Notes: generated from the letters alone by a model not told the origin. A stretch of 61,749 nt of DNA, filler included, from Globobulimina sp. (GCA_003354225.1; 27 parts of 27 records of this genome joined end to end with filler, not necessarily neighbours in it); one strand, 5' to 3'. Positions 49,475 to 61,749 are shown, numbered from the whole stretch's first letter. Program-made: numbers and translations.

Positions 49475-49636
49475 AGTGGATGAAGGATGCTTATTTGATG
49501 CTTCTGAATAATATAAAGTTTTCTTTATTTTGTTCAAGAATGGCTGGGTTTTTCAAATCGTCCTAAAATTGTTGTATTAAATATAAATAAAACACTCAGA
49601 ACAATTATAACTCTTAAAAAACATTACACACAAAAT

Positions 49637-50304
49637 CTAATTCATTAAAACTTGTTTCTCATTCTCCACCAAAACATCCTCCGCACCATCAACATTATCC
49701 TTTATCATCACATCATGGTTCGGAGCCTCCGGTAATTCATTTTTAATATTCTCCATCTCCAAATCCTCGTATTCTTTCAACAATTCCTCGTTCTCCATCT
49801 CCATGCCATTGTCATCTGTGTCCATGGGTTTGCTCAAAACATCGCCAATCTCCTCATTTATGCCAATGCTTTCCTTCATATCTTCACACATTTCTGTTAT
49901 CTGTGTAATGCTTGGCGTTGTTTTTAAAATATCTTTTAATATTTTATCCGCATTCTTCATCTCTGCGAAAACCATTTTATTCAAATTTAAATCCTGCATC
50001 GAATGCAATGTTGTCTCCAAATTATAAATACTTCCATCAATGCAAGAAATCCTTTTTTTTAAAAGCTTTTTCTTTTCAAACAACAAAACATTTTCATGCA
50101 GGAATTCTTTCCGTTTTTTCGCACCGGAAACTTTCTTAAACTTTGACAATATTTTCTCATTTAAATGATTTAAATTATTTTCATTTTCTGTCTTTTGGAA
50201 CACCAAATGTTTCATAGTTAAATTAATCGATAATAACTGCATTTTATTCAATATTTCCTGACTCGTTATTTGCGGCTCAAAATCTTTTATATTGCAACAA
50301 AAAA
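49637..50304 (-). CDS. Snf7/ESCRT-III family protein
   Basis: Basic N-terminal coiled coil, NLETTL..MQD..LNKMVF, EELLKEYEDLE acidic tail. Confidence 0.75.
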
Positions 50305-50404
50305 NNNNNNNNNNNNNNNNNNNNNNNNNNNNNNNNNNNNNNNNNNNNTTAATTAATTAANNNNNNNNNNNNNNNNNNNNNNNNNNNNNNNNNNNNNNNN
50401 NNNN

Positions 50405-51307
50405 ATCTTTACAATGATGAATATATTGTGAAATATAAGAATGCTCATCACTTTCATATACAGTGCGTCCCTGCGGTTTATCTAAAATCCATTCTTTCTT
50501 TTTTGTCTTTGAATTATTCGATATCTTCGGAATAACATTAATTAATTTTTCATTGCCATATTCATCAACAATTTGACAAAAACCCTTTAATTTATTTATT
50601 AATTTATTATCTTTCATATTAAAATAACCATCACCTAATTCAAAGCAATCATGATCACCGCGCACATGATATAAACCTAAACAATCTTTGATTATTTCTT
50701 GCATTGAAGTTGTAAATAAATTGAATCGAATCATAACATCTTTCGGCGAATAAAAAATATGTAATAAATCCAAGCCATTCCAAAGTCTTTTAATCAATTC
50801 AATCTCCTCTTTGTTATCTAATATATCTATTAAATAAATGATTGTTTTATAATCCAAGAATAGTAACAATGTGGATAAACACGGACGTAATACATTAATA
50901 ATTTCCATAATTTCACATCGTCGCTGTTTAACATAATGCTGAGTGTCAATCATTTGAGCATCAACTTTGTCGCTGAATGATTTAACATTGTTTTGTATGA
51001 CTTTGAACAATCCATCAAATTCATTACATTCATTGACAAATGTGCTTATTTTGTTTGTCGCAACAGTCAATTGCTTCAATTTCATATTCTTTAAGTTGAT
51101 GCTATTTAAGCCATTGATTGATATCTTTAGTTCGTACAATTGTATCAACACCTTTGTTAATGAAATGTTTGCAATCGAGTCCACCTTATTACCTTCCCAT
51201 GTTTTATCTAATTTTTCTTCATTGCTTTTCCTTTCTTCTTCTTCTTTTTTTTTTCTTTCTTCTTCTCTTTTTCTTTCTGCTTCCATCCTTTTTCTTTCTT
51301 CTTCCAT
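50405..51307 (-). CDS. Hypothetical coiled-coil protein, partial
   Basis: Long ORF with an E/K/R-rich N-terminal part. Confidence 0.4.
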
Positions 51308-51488
51308 TTTTTAGATCTTTTTTCTTTGCAAGTGACTGTACTTCAAGATATACCGCTATTTAATAATAATCCTCGCACAACTTGAGCCTAAAAAAAATTG
51401 TGAGAATTTTCTTGCCAATATACTGACTTAACACACTGCTCACAAAAACAAAAACGAATGGAACAATAGAAAATAATCATAATAAATT

Positions 51489-52364
51489 TCACTGAAAGGC
51501 ATCAGATTCGTAATTTGCAGTTTTGTCTCTGGACCTATCCGGCGCATTAATTAATCCACGATGCTCTTGAACAGTAATATACGCTCTGCCTTTATAACAA
51601 CAACAACACCAAATATTTGCATTTGGGATATTGCCCAAACAATCGCACCAATGGTGATACCTCCATCCATTCATTATATATCCAGTGCAACAATAAAAAA
51701 AACAAATAACGCCCGATATGATGGCCAACCATATGGTAGCACGCAATGCTTTTGATAAAGCATCATTTTTCTCGGTCAAACAGGCCAATTTGGTCGGTAT
51801 CAACATCTCATAATAACAGATCCCATTATTGCTTTTTTCATACGGCAATTGTTTACATGTTAGATTTGCCTCTGATATCAATTCGATATAATCATTGCAA
51901 ATATAGGTCACATTTAAATACCTACCATTGGTGCAATTGCCATTCGTTTGTTTGTAACCGTTTTTATATTCAAATATGTATTGTTCTTTATTATTTAATT
52001 TATTTTTCGCATAAATTGGTTGCGTTTTACCGGCATCCCATACTCCTAAATAGGCAGCGCAGGCTGGCAATGACTTGTTGCTTAGCTGTGAGACCATGGT
52101 GACATTATGCACATTTTTATCTGGGATGGAACAATTTACACCATTCCGACAGGGGGTGTACACCAATAACCATTCGGCCTCAATTTTATTAGTTTTGGAT
52201 CGCGAATCTAATGCACATTCAATTGGTTTGTTTAACTTTTGTAAACGTTGTAAGTCCAACGTCACTGTTTTGTTTTTAACCTTGACATCCCATTGACAAT
52301 GAGAATCTGAATCGGCATTGCAGAATGAGAATAATATTGTTGATAATAAGATAAACCACGACAT
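51489..52364 (-). CDS. Mannose-6-phosphate receptor/ATG27-like type I membrane protein
   Basis: Signal peptide, YTPCRNG, YKNG..C..GR..VTYIC, IPTKLAC, TM helix, IPNANIW. Confidence 0.75.
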   Translation of the reverse strand: MSWFILLSTILFSFCNADSDSHCQWDVKVKNKTVTLDLQRLQKLNKPIECALDSRSKTNKIEAEWLLVYTPCRNGVNCSIPDKNVHNVTMVSQLSNKSLPACAAYLGVWDAGKTQPIYAKNKLNNKEQYIFEYKNGYKQTNGNCTNGRYLNVTYICNDYIELISEANLTCKQLPYEKSNNGICYYEMLIPTKLACLTEKNDALSKALRATIWLAIISGVICFFYCCTGYIMNGWRYHHWCDCLGNIPNANIWCCCCYKGRAYITVQEHRGLINAPDRSRDKTANYESDAFQ

Positions 52365-52693
52365 TATTTCTCAACTCAGCTGTTTTTTTTTAAAACAAGG
52401 TTCAAAAACATTTTTTTAACACAGAAAACAAATAACAGACCGACACAGCAACAAAACAATAAATAATTTTTTTCTTATAAGTCAGTCATCCCTTTCATAT
52501 TATAATAATCCATTTCCCTTTTTTTTTCTCGTTGGTCAAGCAAAAATCTCCATCCTGCATGAAATACTCCACAAATCATTATAAATATAATAANNNNNNN
52601 NNNNNNNNNNNNNNNNNNNNNNNNNNNNNNNNNNNNNTTAATTAATTAANNNNNNNNNNNNNNNNNNNNNNNNNNNNNNNNNNNNNNNNNNNN

Positions 52694-52915
52694 CGCGCTC
52701 CACGCGACCCGTTGATCTTGAGCTAAGTCGGTAATCTCGGCTTCTGTATATCCCTTGCTGCCCATAATCATCGCCATAATCGGAAACATCACTTTAGCCA
52801 TCAACCAGGGCGCATTGCTTGGCGGCTGCTCCTCTGTGCGAAAACGCGAACCAACCACAACTGGCCCCTCGGTCAATTGGGTCATCTTTCCAGGCTGGTG
52901 GTTCCATTCAACATG
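52694..52915 (-). CDS. Bacterial-type SRPBCC-like fragment, probable chimera
   Basis: GC-rich island at the contig end; QLTEGPVVVGSRF...AEITDL..DQRVAW. Confidence 0.5.
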
Positions 52916-53119
52916 TCGTGGAAAATTGCGTTATTTGGTTCGAAACGCAACTGCTTGTAAAGAAGGAGATTCTGATGGAGTAGGTTTTGGTAAACTAACA
53001 GAAAAATTTGAACAAGTACCATCGTTAAATGCTATAGAATCAATCCAAATAATACCAAATGTTACTGTTGAACTTCGTACAATGGCAAAAATCAACTGGA
53101 ACCACAAAAGGCAATAGAA

Positions 53120-54829
53120 TTGGTTGATAAAATGGATGCTGAAATAATGGAATTATCTTTACCAAAAGAAGAGACTATGATAGAAGATGAAATCGAATTG
53201 TTACAGAAACAAAACGAAGCTGCTACATATCGACGAGTGATTCAAACTGAAATTGTCGGTTCAGATGCTGGTTGTATGTATTTTGACGATGAAGAAGAAG
53301 TTGAATATCAGTCAATAAAAAAAAATCTAGAACAAGAAATTCTACCCTTCTTAGATCTGAATAATGAAATCAATATTCCAATGTCGTTAGATCATCCTTT
53401 GGCTTCAATTCCTAAAGATCAACCCTACATTCCAGAAATTGTAAGTCGTCAAAAAGTACTCAATGAACGAAGAATAGCCAACAAAAACAGTTTGACATTG
53501 GGTTATCATCTTCAATCGATGTCTATTCAAACAACACATGAACATGAAAATCAACAACCAAGTTTATCTGAAAAAGAAGATGAAGAAATTCAACGAATGT
53601 TACAACTTCAGGATGAAATGCTAGATGGATGTTTAGAAGGTACCACATCGACACCTTTGCGAGACCACTCATCTACTGTTGGAAAACGGCTAAAAGAACG
53701 TTGTGGTTATTCTGATAAACCAACTACTTTTCAAGAAATGTCACCAGGATCACCGTCTTTAACAAGACTAGTACCATCTGTAAACATGTGTGGACCATTT
53801 GAAGAACGAGCTCAAACATATCCGGGTAAAAACGAACTTCCGACCAACTATTTTCCTAATGATTGGACATCACCTTTTCTCAACCCATGGGGACAAGCTG
53901 GACGAAATCGTATTTCTCAATCATATCACAAATTCGTTGATCAAGACCCGATTGCAGATTATTATGTTAAAGCAACGAATGAAATGTCCTTCCAATTCAA
54001 TCAAGGTGTCAGATTAAATCCACTGGCGTTCAAGGAATTGTTTGATTTGGAAGTAGTAGATGGACCTTTTTTCCAGCGTGATAAATGGTTTGTAGATTTT
54101 CCATCAAGTTTGATCATTCCCGACATTGACAATCAATCGGTATGGATCGTACTTCAAGCCATGAGCTACATAAATTGTGAAAATTATGGTTTTGGTTTGC
54201 GAAATGTCTATCGAGAAGCTATGGATTATAACTCCCTTTTGTTTTCGACAAGTGTAGAAGATCAACGTTTAATGTTGGATCCACGAATTCCATGGTTAGG
54301 AATTGGCTCATACAATCCTGATATTGAAACTGTATGGAGAGCATCTCAACTTCCTTTGCTGATCTATGAACTTGAGTATAAATTTCCAGATATCAATGCT
54401 CGAGACTTAGCTTGTATGATTTATTGGCAACAACCAGAAAATGTGCGCAAAATGTGGGAAGTAGTCTGTGGAACAACTTTTGAAAGAGACTTACCAAAAA
54501 GTACCGAATTTGGATCGCAATTTTCTACGTATGATAAGAAGCGTATGGCTCTTAGTACAATTGCAAAAGGAATAATGGTATTCCGATGTATGCATAGAGA
54601 AGCAGAGAATGATCGAGATTCAAAATTTTACAAGAGCGATGCCAAACCAATGTCACAACTGGAAAGCGTATTCTACAGAGATCAAGTAATTCGCCCAGAA
54701 AAGTCAAAGGAGTATCGTATCCAATTGTATGACGTTCACGACCGTTCTAACAATTATTGTCAACCTATTTATAAACTTTTCGATTGGTCCGTTCCAAGTG
54801 ACGCTCTGATGACAGGTAAATTAAGTTAA
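53120..54829 (+). CDS. Unknown 569-aa intronless protein, possibly element-borne
   Basis: Long ORF with acidic N-half and aromatic-rich globular C-half; family not recognised. Confidence 0.55.
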   Translation: MVDKMDAEIMELSLPKEETMIEDEIELLQKQNEAATYRRVIQTEIVGSDAGCMYFDDEEEVEYQSIKKNLEQEILPFLDLNNEINIPMSLDHPLASIPKDQPYIPEIVSRQKVLNERRIANKNSLTLGYHLQSMSIQTTHEHENQQPSLSEKEDEEIQRMLQLQDEMLDGCLEGTTSTPLRDHSSTVGKRLKERCGYSDKPTTFQEMSPGSPSLTRLVPSVNMCGPFEERAQTYPGKNELPTNYFPNDWTSPFLNPWGQAGRNRISQSYHKFVDQDPIADYYVKATNEMSFQFNQGVRLNPLAFKELFDLEVVDGPFFQRDKWFVDFPSSLIIPDIDNQSVWIVLQAMSYINCENYGFGLRNVYREAMDYNSLLFSTSVEDQRLMLDPRIPWLGIGSYNPDIETVWRASQLPLLIYELEYKFPDINARDLACMIYWQQPENVRKMWEVVCGTTFERDLPKSTEFGSQFSTYDKKRMALSTIAKGIMVFRCMHREAENDRDSKFYKSDAKPMSQLESVFYRDQVIRPEKSKEYRIQLYDVHDRSNNYCQPIYKLFDWSVPSDALMTGKLS

Positions 54830-54982
54830 AGTTTGTTTTTCTTTACAATACAGTATGTGTTCATATAAAAATATAAACCATCNNNNNNNNNNNNNNNNNN
54901 NNNNNNNNNNNNNNNNNNNNNNNNNNTTAATTAATTAANNNNNNNNNNNNNNNNNNNNNNNNNNNNNNNNNNNNNNNNNNNN

Positions 54983-55352
54983 GAAAGAAGAAAGAGATAA
55001 TAATTTTTTCTATTTGAAGACGATTCCCTATGATTGGCTATTTCCAAAAGTAGCCGCAGTCGTGCATCATGGAGGTGCCGGAACATTATCAAACGCCATG
55101 CGGGCCGGCGTACCCTCTATTGTGATTCCATTTTTTGCCGACCAACCCTTCTGGGCAAAACGCGCCTATAATTTTGGAGTGGCTGCAAAACCGATTAAAA
55201 GGAGTCAGCTAAACGAAAAACGTCTTACGACCGCTCTAAGGGCTGTAATCAACGACAAAACTCTGCAAGAAAAAGCCCGGGAATTAGGTTATTCAATCCG
55301 AAAAGAGGATGGAATAGCAAGGGCAATTACTATTATCCAACAGTATCTTTGA
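54983..55352 (+). CDS. GT1 glycosyltransferase (sterol glucosyltransferase-like) C-terminus, bacterial-type
   Basis: PYDWLFPKVAAVVHHGGAGT, PFFADQPFW. Confidence 0.9.
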
Positions 55353-55833
55353 TGACGTCGTAAAAAGTCCGCTCTCCTGCTCGCTCTTCATAATTTCTTA
55401 ATGTCCAGGCTGTATGATCAACCATTTGGACATTGTAAGCAATCTTTAGGCAGTTGTATTTTGCTACGTACTAACCCTGGTGAACAGGAAGAGAGCCAGG
55501 ATAAGTACCTTGGTGGTATGTGCAACCAAGGAGTTTCAAAATATAATCCTCGTTTTCTTGTTTTTTTTGCCAGAAGATGGGGAGTAAGGTACTAATGTAT
55601 TCAGTAAAACACACCACAACAAGGCGTGTAACCGAAAATGGATTATTGCTTACCTCTACAACAAATGCTCCTATATATTTGGCATTACGTTTTATAAACT
55701 TAATCAAACAAATCGTGAAAAACTTCAGTAAACTCGTTTTAAAGGTGCCTCAATGAAAGAGATTGCATACACAACACACGGACAACAAGTAACAATATTA
55801 TACGGTGGGTCAATTTACAACCGGAGCTTATTC

Positions 55834-57171
55834 ATGAAGCGGAAAATGATCTTATCGATATTGTTTTCTATGCTGCTGGGTACTTTTTCGGTTGCTAATT
55901 CTACAGTCCAAGCTGTCACTTTTACTTGTACAGCAAGCCGCACAAGTGGCGTTGCTCCTTTAGGCGTTTTTTTTAATAGTGGTTTTTCTGAAAACACCAC
56001 ATCTGATAATCCGTTTCACGAATTGGAATATTCATGGAATTTCGGGGATACTGCCAGCGATTACTGGGCCATTGAAGAAGATTCTGTTTCCAAGAGATCA
56101 AAAAATATCGACAAGGGACCTGTTGCAGCACACGTTTTTGAAACCCCCGGAACCTATACTGTGACACTAAGAGTTCGAGATGAAACTGGAGTGATTGCCA
56201 CGGAACAATTATCAATTACAGTTGAAGATCCAAATTCGGTTTACAGCGGTACTGATACTATTTGTGTTGCTGATTTAGCTTCAAACGATTTTACAGATTG
56301 CCCAAGCAATGCAAACCAAGTTGCTACAAACGATATCACTAACGTTCAGGACCACCTCGGTGCAAATAAGCGGATACTTTTAAGACGAGGTTCCGCGTGG
56401 GTTGTTTCGGATGCAGGTATTTTAAGAGATGTACAAAATTTTGACCGTGTGACTATAGGCGCTTACGGGGATTGTACAAATCCTGACAGTCGCGGCATTT
56501 GTGATAATGCGCCAGAAATTGCGATTACCGGCAGCGGATATTTTTTAGCTTATAATTCTACTTCGGACTGGCGTGTGCAGGATATTAGTTTTATCGGAAG
56601 CACCAGCGCTACTATTATTAGCGGAGCAACAGATGCCGAGTCTTTGCTCGCATTACGGTTGAAGAGTACAGGGTTAGGTGTTCCAATTGCTTTTAGCGAC
56701 TATCTTACAAATGGACATGATCAACTTATGCTTGTTGATTGTGATTTCTCCAATTCTGCTGGGAATATCTTTTTTATAGGTTCGGAGCGTTTGGTTTTGA
56801 TGGGAAATTACCTGAGAAATGCTGGACACCATGTTATTCGAATTTGGCAGGCTTATTTAGGGGTGATCAGTCATAATAATGTATCCGGATCAAGTAACAC
56901 TGCTCCTGGCCTTCATGCGCTCAAGTTTCACGGCAAGGCCGAAAATGGCATATCAACTACCGATGATGACTTAGTGGATCATCGTTCTGAGTACGTAGTG
57001 ATCTCAGACAATATTTTTGGGAGTTCAGGTCCATGGCCAGTGGCGGTCGGCCCACAGAATACAGATAACGATGAGCGCCTTAGTAATATTATCATAGAAA
57101 AAAACCGGTTTATTGCAGGGTATGGTCAACAGAATCCTTCTGCAGTACAAGTACTTCTACTTATCTGGGCC
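55834..57171 (+). CDS. Secreted bacterial PKD-domain plus right-handed beta-helix protein, 3' partial
   Basis: GGAG RBS at 55823, signal peptide MKRKMILS, SGVAPLGVFF, YSWNFGD, HVFETPGTYTVTL, Asn-ladder repeats. Confidence 0.85.
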
Positions 57172-57777
57172 NNNNNNNNNNNNNNNNNNNNNNNNNNNNN
57201 NNNNNNNNNNNNNNNTTAATTAATTAANNNNNNNNNNNNNNNNNNNNNNNNNNNNNNNNNNNNNNNNNNNNAATCTACAGAAGTATGTAAAAAAAAAAGA
57301 AAAAAATCTGCAAAAAAACAGTGCGGTTCGGACAAGTTTTCGAATTTAGGAATTTAGGATTTAACTATTTATCGCAGTTCTAGAAGGTACAATGTATACG
57401 AAAATAAAAAAAACACAAAAAAATATATAAGAATTTAGGAATATATAAAAATATGTATATAAATTTTCAACAAAAAAAATAAACAATGACAGAACCCATT
57501 TTTCTCGGCTCTGACATATGTATCGCAGTGCTGATATTTACGTCAATTTGTTATGTGGTTGAGAGCTGATATATTTATCCTAATTTCCAAACGAGGACAA
57601 TTAAACAAATGGAAAAAATGCCAAAACTTTATAAACAAAATGATTTTTTCCGTTTGTTTTCAGAGGTCAACCAAATACTAATTCCCGTAAATATAAAGCT
57701 AGTGTATACAATACATATCGGTTCAATTTTATTTTAAAATTGACGCTAACATAAAATAAAAATCGCGGCGTCGAACG

Positions 57778-59057
57778 TTATAACTGATCCACTAAAAAAT
57801 CGACGTTGGCAGAATTATGCAACTCGCAAATATTTCGCACAAATTGGCTCCAATGATTTTTAATGATCAATCTCCTTATTTCCATCTCAACGTTTTTAAA
57901 ATAGCCAATTGAGATTTGTGAGGTCATCCAAGTTTGGTTTAATTTTTTGAATGAATCTAATAAATCCGTCCGTGTCTCGTAAGAAATGTTTATAGCAAAC
58001 TCACCATTCGAACAAATACATTTTTTAATCACTTCTTTAGCGACAATATAGCGCTGTTTATCACCGCTCTGATTCTTGAATTTCTTCATTAACTCCAAAT
58101 ACACAGTCAATTCGGAGCAGAAATTCTGATGCAAAAAACTGTAAAAATATTCACGACCAATATCAGACAATAAACATTCTTCCAATGAGTGCAAAAATGC
58201 TGTGTTCACTCCATGAAATCCTCTCGTTCGAGTACCGGTATTAAAGGATTTTCTCTTCGAATGGTTGCTGTTCTCAATGTTTTCTCCCATCATTATTCTC
58301 GCCGATAAGGTGATAATCTCTTCCATTGCATATTGTACCTGTTTTATTTTGTATATTGCTCTGTATTTATGTTGAAAACACCAAAGTTATTTTGTCTTAA
58401 CATTGATGTTGTATTGTTTCGGGAAATAAAAAGTCATCGTTTCGTGTATCGCTTGTTGCATAAAATGAAAATAGTTTGTCGTTATACCCATTGTCTGATG
58501 TAATGCGCCTAATTGTGCCAATAATGAATATGCGTCGACGTTGGTATTGGTGATGGTTCTTAACAGCCATCCAATCATTTCAATGTATTTTAAACTCGTT
58601 GTTTCTAATTTGGTATTCGATGATAAATTACGTTTCCGCACTTTTCTCATTGCCTCTTTGTTTGCTGACAACATTGAAAAATATATTGAACAGCCAATTT
58701 CCTGTTGATTTATAACCAAATATAGCAACAAAAATCGACATAGTTATTATGTGTACATGTACAAATTTTGGGTATATGTACCAATTTGTCTTCAGTTCTC
58801 ATGGACTGTATGTTTTGAAACCAAAATGTCGTAGCAACTAAAACCAGTCTTTCGGACAGATATTTACCAATAACACCATTATGTGCACCGTCATGATCAA
58901 CTGTATCATGCGCCGACGGTGTTACTGGTACTATTTCTTCTTCTTTTGCATTACAGCTTGTTAGCGTTGTTGACCGCGCACTGATTGTCCTCCCAGATAT
59001 CAAGGAAAATGGGTCAAACGTTTCGATGCTAGCGCTGCTGCCATGTTCGTTACCCAT
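57778..59057 (-). CDS. Globin-RGS fusion protein, 3 exons (introns 58702-58781 and 58339-58401)
   Basis: GT-AG splicing joins three ORFs in frame; globin LAQLGALHQTMGI; RGS GREYFYSFL..NFCSEL, AINISYETR, HWSQF; MG N-terminus. Confidence 0.85.
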
Positions 59058-59128
59058 GGAAAAGAAATGTTTGTTGGTTATATATAACCTTAAAAAACTT
59101 CACTAAACAACATCCCAAATCCGCCAGC

Positions 59129-59460
59129 ATGAGCGAGCAGCAAACTGCTTTGTTGAGCAATTCAAATGGCACCAGCCACTATGATACATCCATTGTAGTT
59201 ACAACTCCGAATGATGATAAAGTAAACATTGACGAAGAAACGCAACACAGAATCAGACGGTTGAGTTCAATGCTATATGAAGAAATGGACACAGACGACC
59301 CATTAAAGGTAGATTTGAACGAAAGTGAATGGTTAACCTGCTGTAACAAGAAAATCAAAATCTCACTAACTGCAGCAACTATATTCGGCGCCTTTGTGGG
59401 TGGCATTATCGGCACAGTGCTCAGTTTATATGGACATATGACCGAGACCTGGTATAAAAT
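59129..59460 (+). CDS. Probable dicarboxylate/amino acid:cation symporter (SLC1-like) N-terminus
   Basis: LTAATIFGAFVGGIIG resembles TM1; only a short fragment is visible. Confidence 0.45.
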
Positions 59461-59635
59461 NNNNNNNNNNNNNNNNNNNNNNNNNNNNNNNNNNNNNNNN
59501 NNNNTTAATTAATTAANNNNNNNNNNNNNNNNNNNNNNNNNNNNNNNNNNNNNNNNNNNNTAAATATATAAATATTTGATCTGCAAAAACGAAATAAAGC
59601 ACAATATACAAAAAGAAATGTATAAAATAAAATAT

Positions 59636-60496
59636 TTACAAACCAGCAGTCTCGCCGGGAGCATGAACAATTTCCATCTCCACGCCGTCGATGATATGCG
59701 TAGTTTGGTTTGGATCTAATAATTTCGTCGGCATATGCATAGACTTTCGGAATTGAGGGTGATGTAACAAAAACGGCCCAATTCCAGAATTCTCAAAAAC
59801 ATTCGAAAACCCGTTAGAATTATCTGAAATATACGTATTATTGCCCAGTTTATAAAGATTGGATCGCCACTCAGCAGAGGCACTGTTATTAGTGATACTG
59901 CTGTCAATGTCATGATGTTCGTAATGTGTCTGGTCATATTCATGCAACAACGGACCAAACTGCCGAATCCCGCGTATATTGGAAATAGCGGACGAAATGG
60001 AAAGTACTCGACTCATTCCTTTCATTGTCCGTCGATGGGAGATGATGGTCGGAAAGAAGTTCGTCTCTGCATCTATCCAGGCACCAGAACCAAACGTGTG
60101 GTCCGGATGATAATGTGTGTATATTATGGTACCCACTGGTTTGCTGTGAATGGATGGATGAGTCATTGCAATAAAATCATTGCGAACCTGCTGTGACGAC
60201 TCTACAGATTCTAATGTGTCTACGATTGTTAACGTGGTGTCACATTCAATGATTATGCTATTAGCCAATGCGTAGCCAATTGCTACATAAACACCATCTG
60301 TTACACGTAATATTTCCGCTTTAGAAAATTGAGAACTATGTGCTTTTAGTTTTTCGTGCACTTGTTGTGGTGGTAAATAACTATTATGGATGATATTATT
60401 TAATGAGGAATTGAAGTGTGCTACGCGTTTTTCTCTGATGAAATACACAATTACTGCTAGTAATATTGCTATTGTCGTGTTCTTGGGGTCTAACAT
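59636..60496 (-). CDS. Alkyl/aryl sulfatase (SdsA-like metallo-beta-lactamase fold), first exon
   Basis: VTDGVYVAIGYALANS, IVDTLES, YTHYHPDH, HAPGET. Confidence 0.88.
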   Translation of the reverse strand: MLDPKNTTIAILLAVIVYFIREKRVAHFNSSLNNIIHNSYLPPQQVHEKLKAHSSQFSKAEILRVTDGVYVAIGYALANSIIIECDTTLTIVDTLESVESSQQVRNDFIAMTHPSIHSKPVGTIIYTHYHPDHTFGSGAWIDAETNFFPTIISHRRTMKGMSRVLSISSAISNIRGIRQFGPLLHEYDQTHYEHHDIDSSITNNSASAEWRSNLYKLGNNTYISDNSNGFSNVFENSGIGPFLLHHPQFRKSMHMPTKLLDPNQTTHIIDGVEMEIVHAPGETAGL

Positions 60497-60767
60497 TCTG
60501 CAAATGATGGTATGTTATTTAGGGATGGTTGGGATGAATGTAGACGAGATGGTGTTTGGTTAAGAAAAAGAGGATGAAAATTTCATTATTCTTACTACTA
60601 ACTAATATTAATGAAAAAACTTTTTTCAAATCAATTTCCCATAATAATCTGGCTGTTAATCTGGGCATTTTATTCTATTTTTACAATATTGAATTATCAA
60701 AGCATACAGCTGTAACAGCGGAGATATGATTATGTAATTCATATAATTAGCTATTTATAATTAATTA

Positions 60768-61627
60768 TTGCCAATGTGTACAAATTCATCAATGGATGAT
60801 TTATTAGAAAATGAGCAATTAAAAATACCCTCTCACAAACAGCTAACATGGGAAGAATATTACAAATTTGGTCTAACTTTATCTCTGTTGATTGCTTATT
60901 CAATTTCTTTTTTTTTGGTATCAATTTACAATCTCAATTTTTATCAATTAATGTCGATGGTTTTGGGCATAAACACAAGTATTGTTTGTGTATCATTGTG
61001 GCTTATTTTATCCTCATCCGATAATTTATATATCATATTCAAACGAAAAAGAAAAGAGACCCTTTGACATCCGGTGCTTTCCTGTTTGTTCCCTGTGGTA
61101 TTGTATCAGATAAAAGAAAGCCTATAACCTCAGTATCTGCAATGGTTGGTTTAGTCGGTTCAAATTTGGAACAAATATTTTCTTCATTCGGCTATTTGTG
61201 CATTGGTATCGTAGCAACTGTTTGTGTCTCAAATATGATGCACACTCAGAAATACTATGAACAAAATAGCAAAATGTTGTTTGCCTCATTTGGTATGTGG
61301 CTAATTTTGACATTTGGTATACAGAAAAATTGGAAGACAAAATGGGTGACAAATATCTTCCATTTAACTGGGTGCGTGATGTTATTTTACGGCGTTTTGT
61401 CATCAATTCTCACACAGCAAAATTATTCATTTATTTCTATTTCAATGACAAGTGGTGCTGTTGCGTGGATTGCTGTGTATTCCATTATTATTTTGATCAA
61501 TATTGTATGCCCAAAAAGTATTAATATTCATTTTCAAAGTATGGCTGCAATATTTTGTGAAACTGTCTCACTTTTACTTGTATTTGGAGCAATATCCGTT
61601 TATTGTTGGCATTTAACAGATGAATGA
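60768..61627 (+). CDS. Multi-pass membrane protein with apparent frameshift at about 61060
   Basis: Two overlapping hydrophobic ORFs in different frames. Confidence 0.45.
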
Positions 61628-61749
61628 GACAAAAGTGTTTTTTATCCTCCTGGGTAATAAGCTAACGAAGTGCTTATTTCTATAAAGGAGTTTGTAATGA
61701 CAACTAGCAACTAGATGTATTTATTTGAATTAAAAAAGTTTCTCTAAAT

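Noticed and set aside
2194-59560. Regularly spaced TTAATTAATTAA palindromes, and ORFs ending in X...LIN
   Set aside because: Artificial spacers; ORF extensions into them and gene neighbourhoods across them are not biological

Overview
This is not one locus. It is 27 short contigs (2193 down to 2189 bp, sorted by length) joined by an artificial N44-TTAATTAATTAA-N44 spacer, so adjacency across spacers means nothing. Most contigs are AT-rich eukaryotic DNA with 60-80 nt GT-AG introns and very short intergenic gaps; a rhizarian/foraminiferan-like protist is my inference from gene style only. There are also several retroelement fragments, one bacterial contig, and short bacterial fragments fused onto eukaryotic contigs, probably amplification chimeras. 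The most interesting contig is 6879-9070, a Naiad/Chlamys-like Penelope-like element. Its RT is followed by four covarying hairpin-pseudoknot RNA repeats, a spliced RGG-rich micro-exon, and a complete hammerhead ribozyme with its strands in a non-circularly permuted order, apparently inside an intron. Two other highlights are split by the ORF track: an iodothyronine-deiodinase-like selenoprotein (in-frame UGA plus a SECIS-like hairpin) and a three-exon, putatively myristoylated globin-RGS fusion. All family calls come from motif recognition, not from searches.
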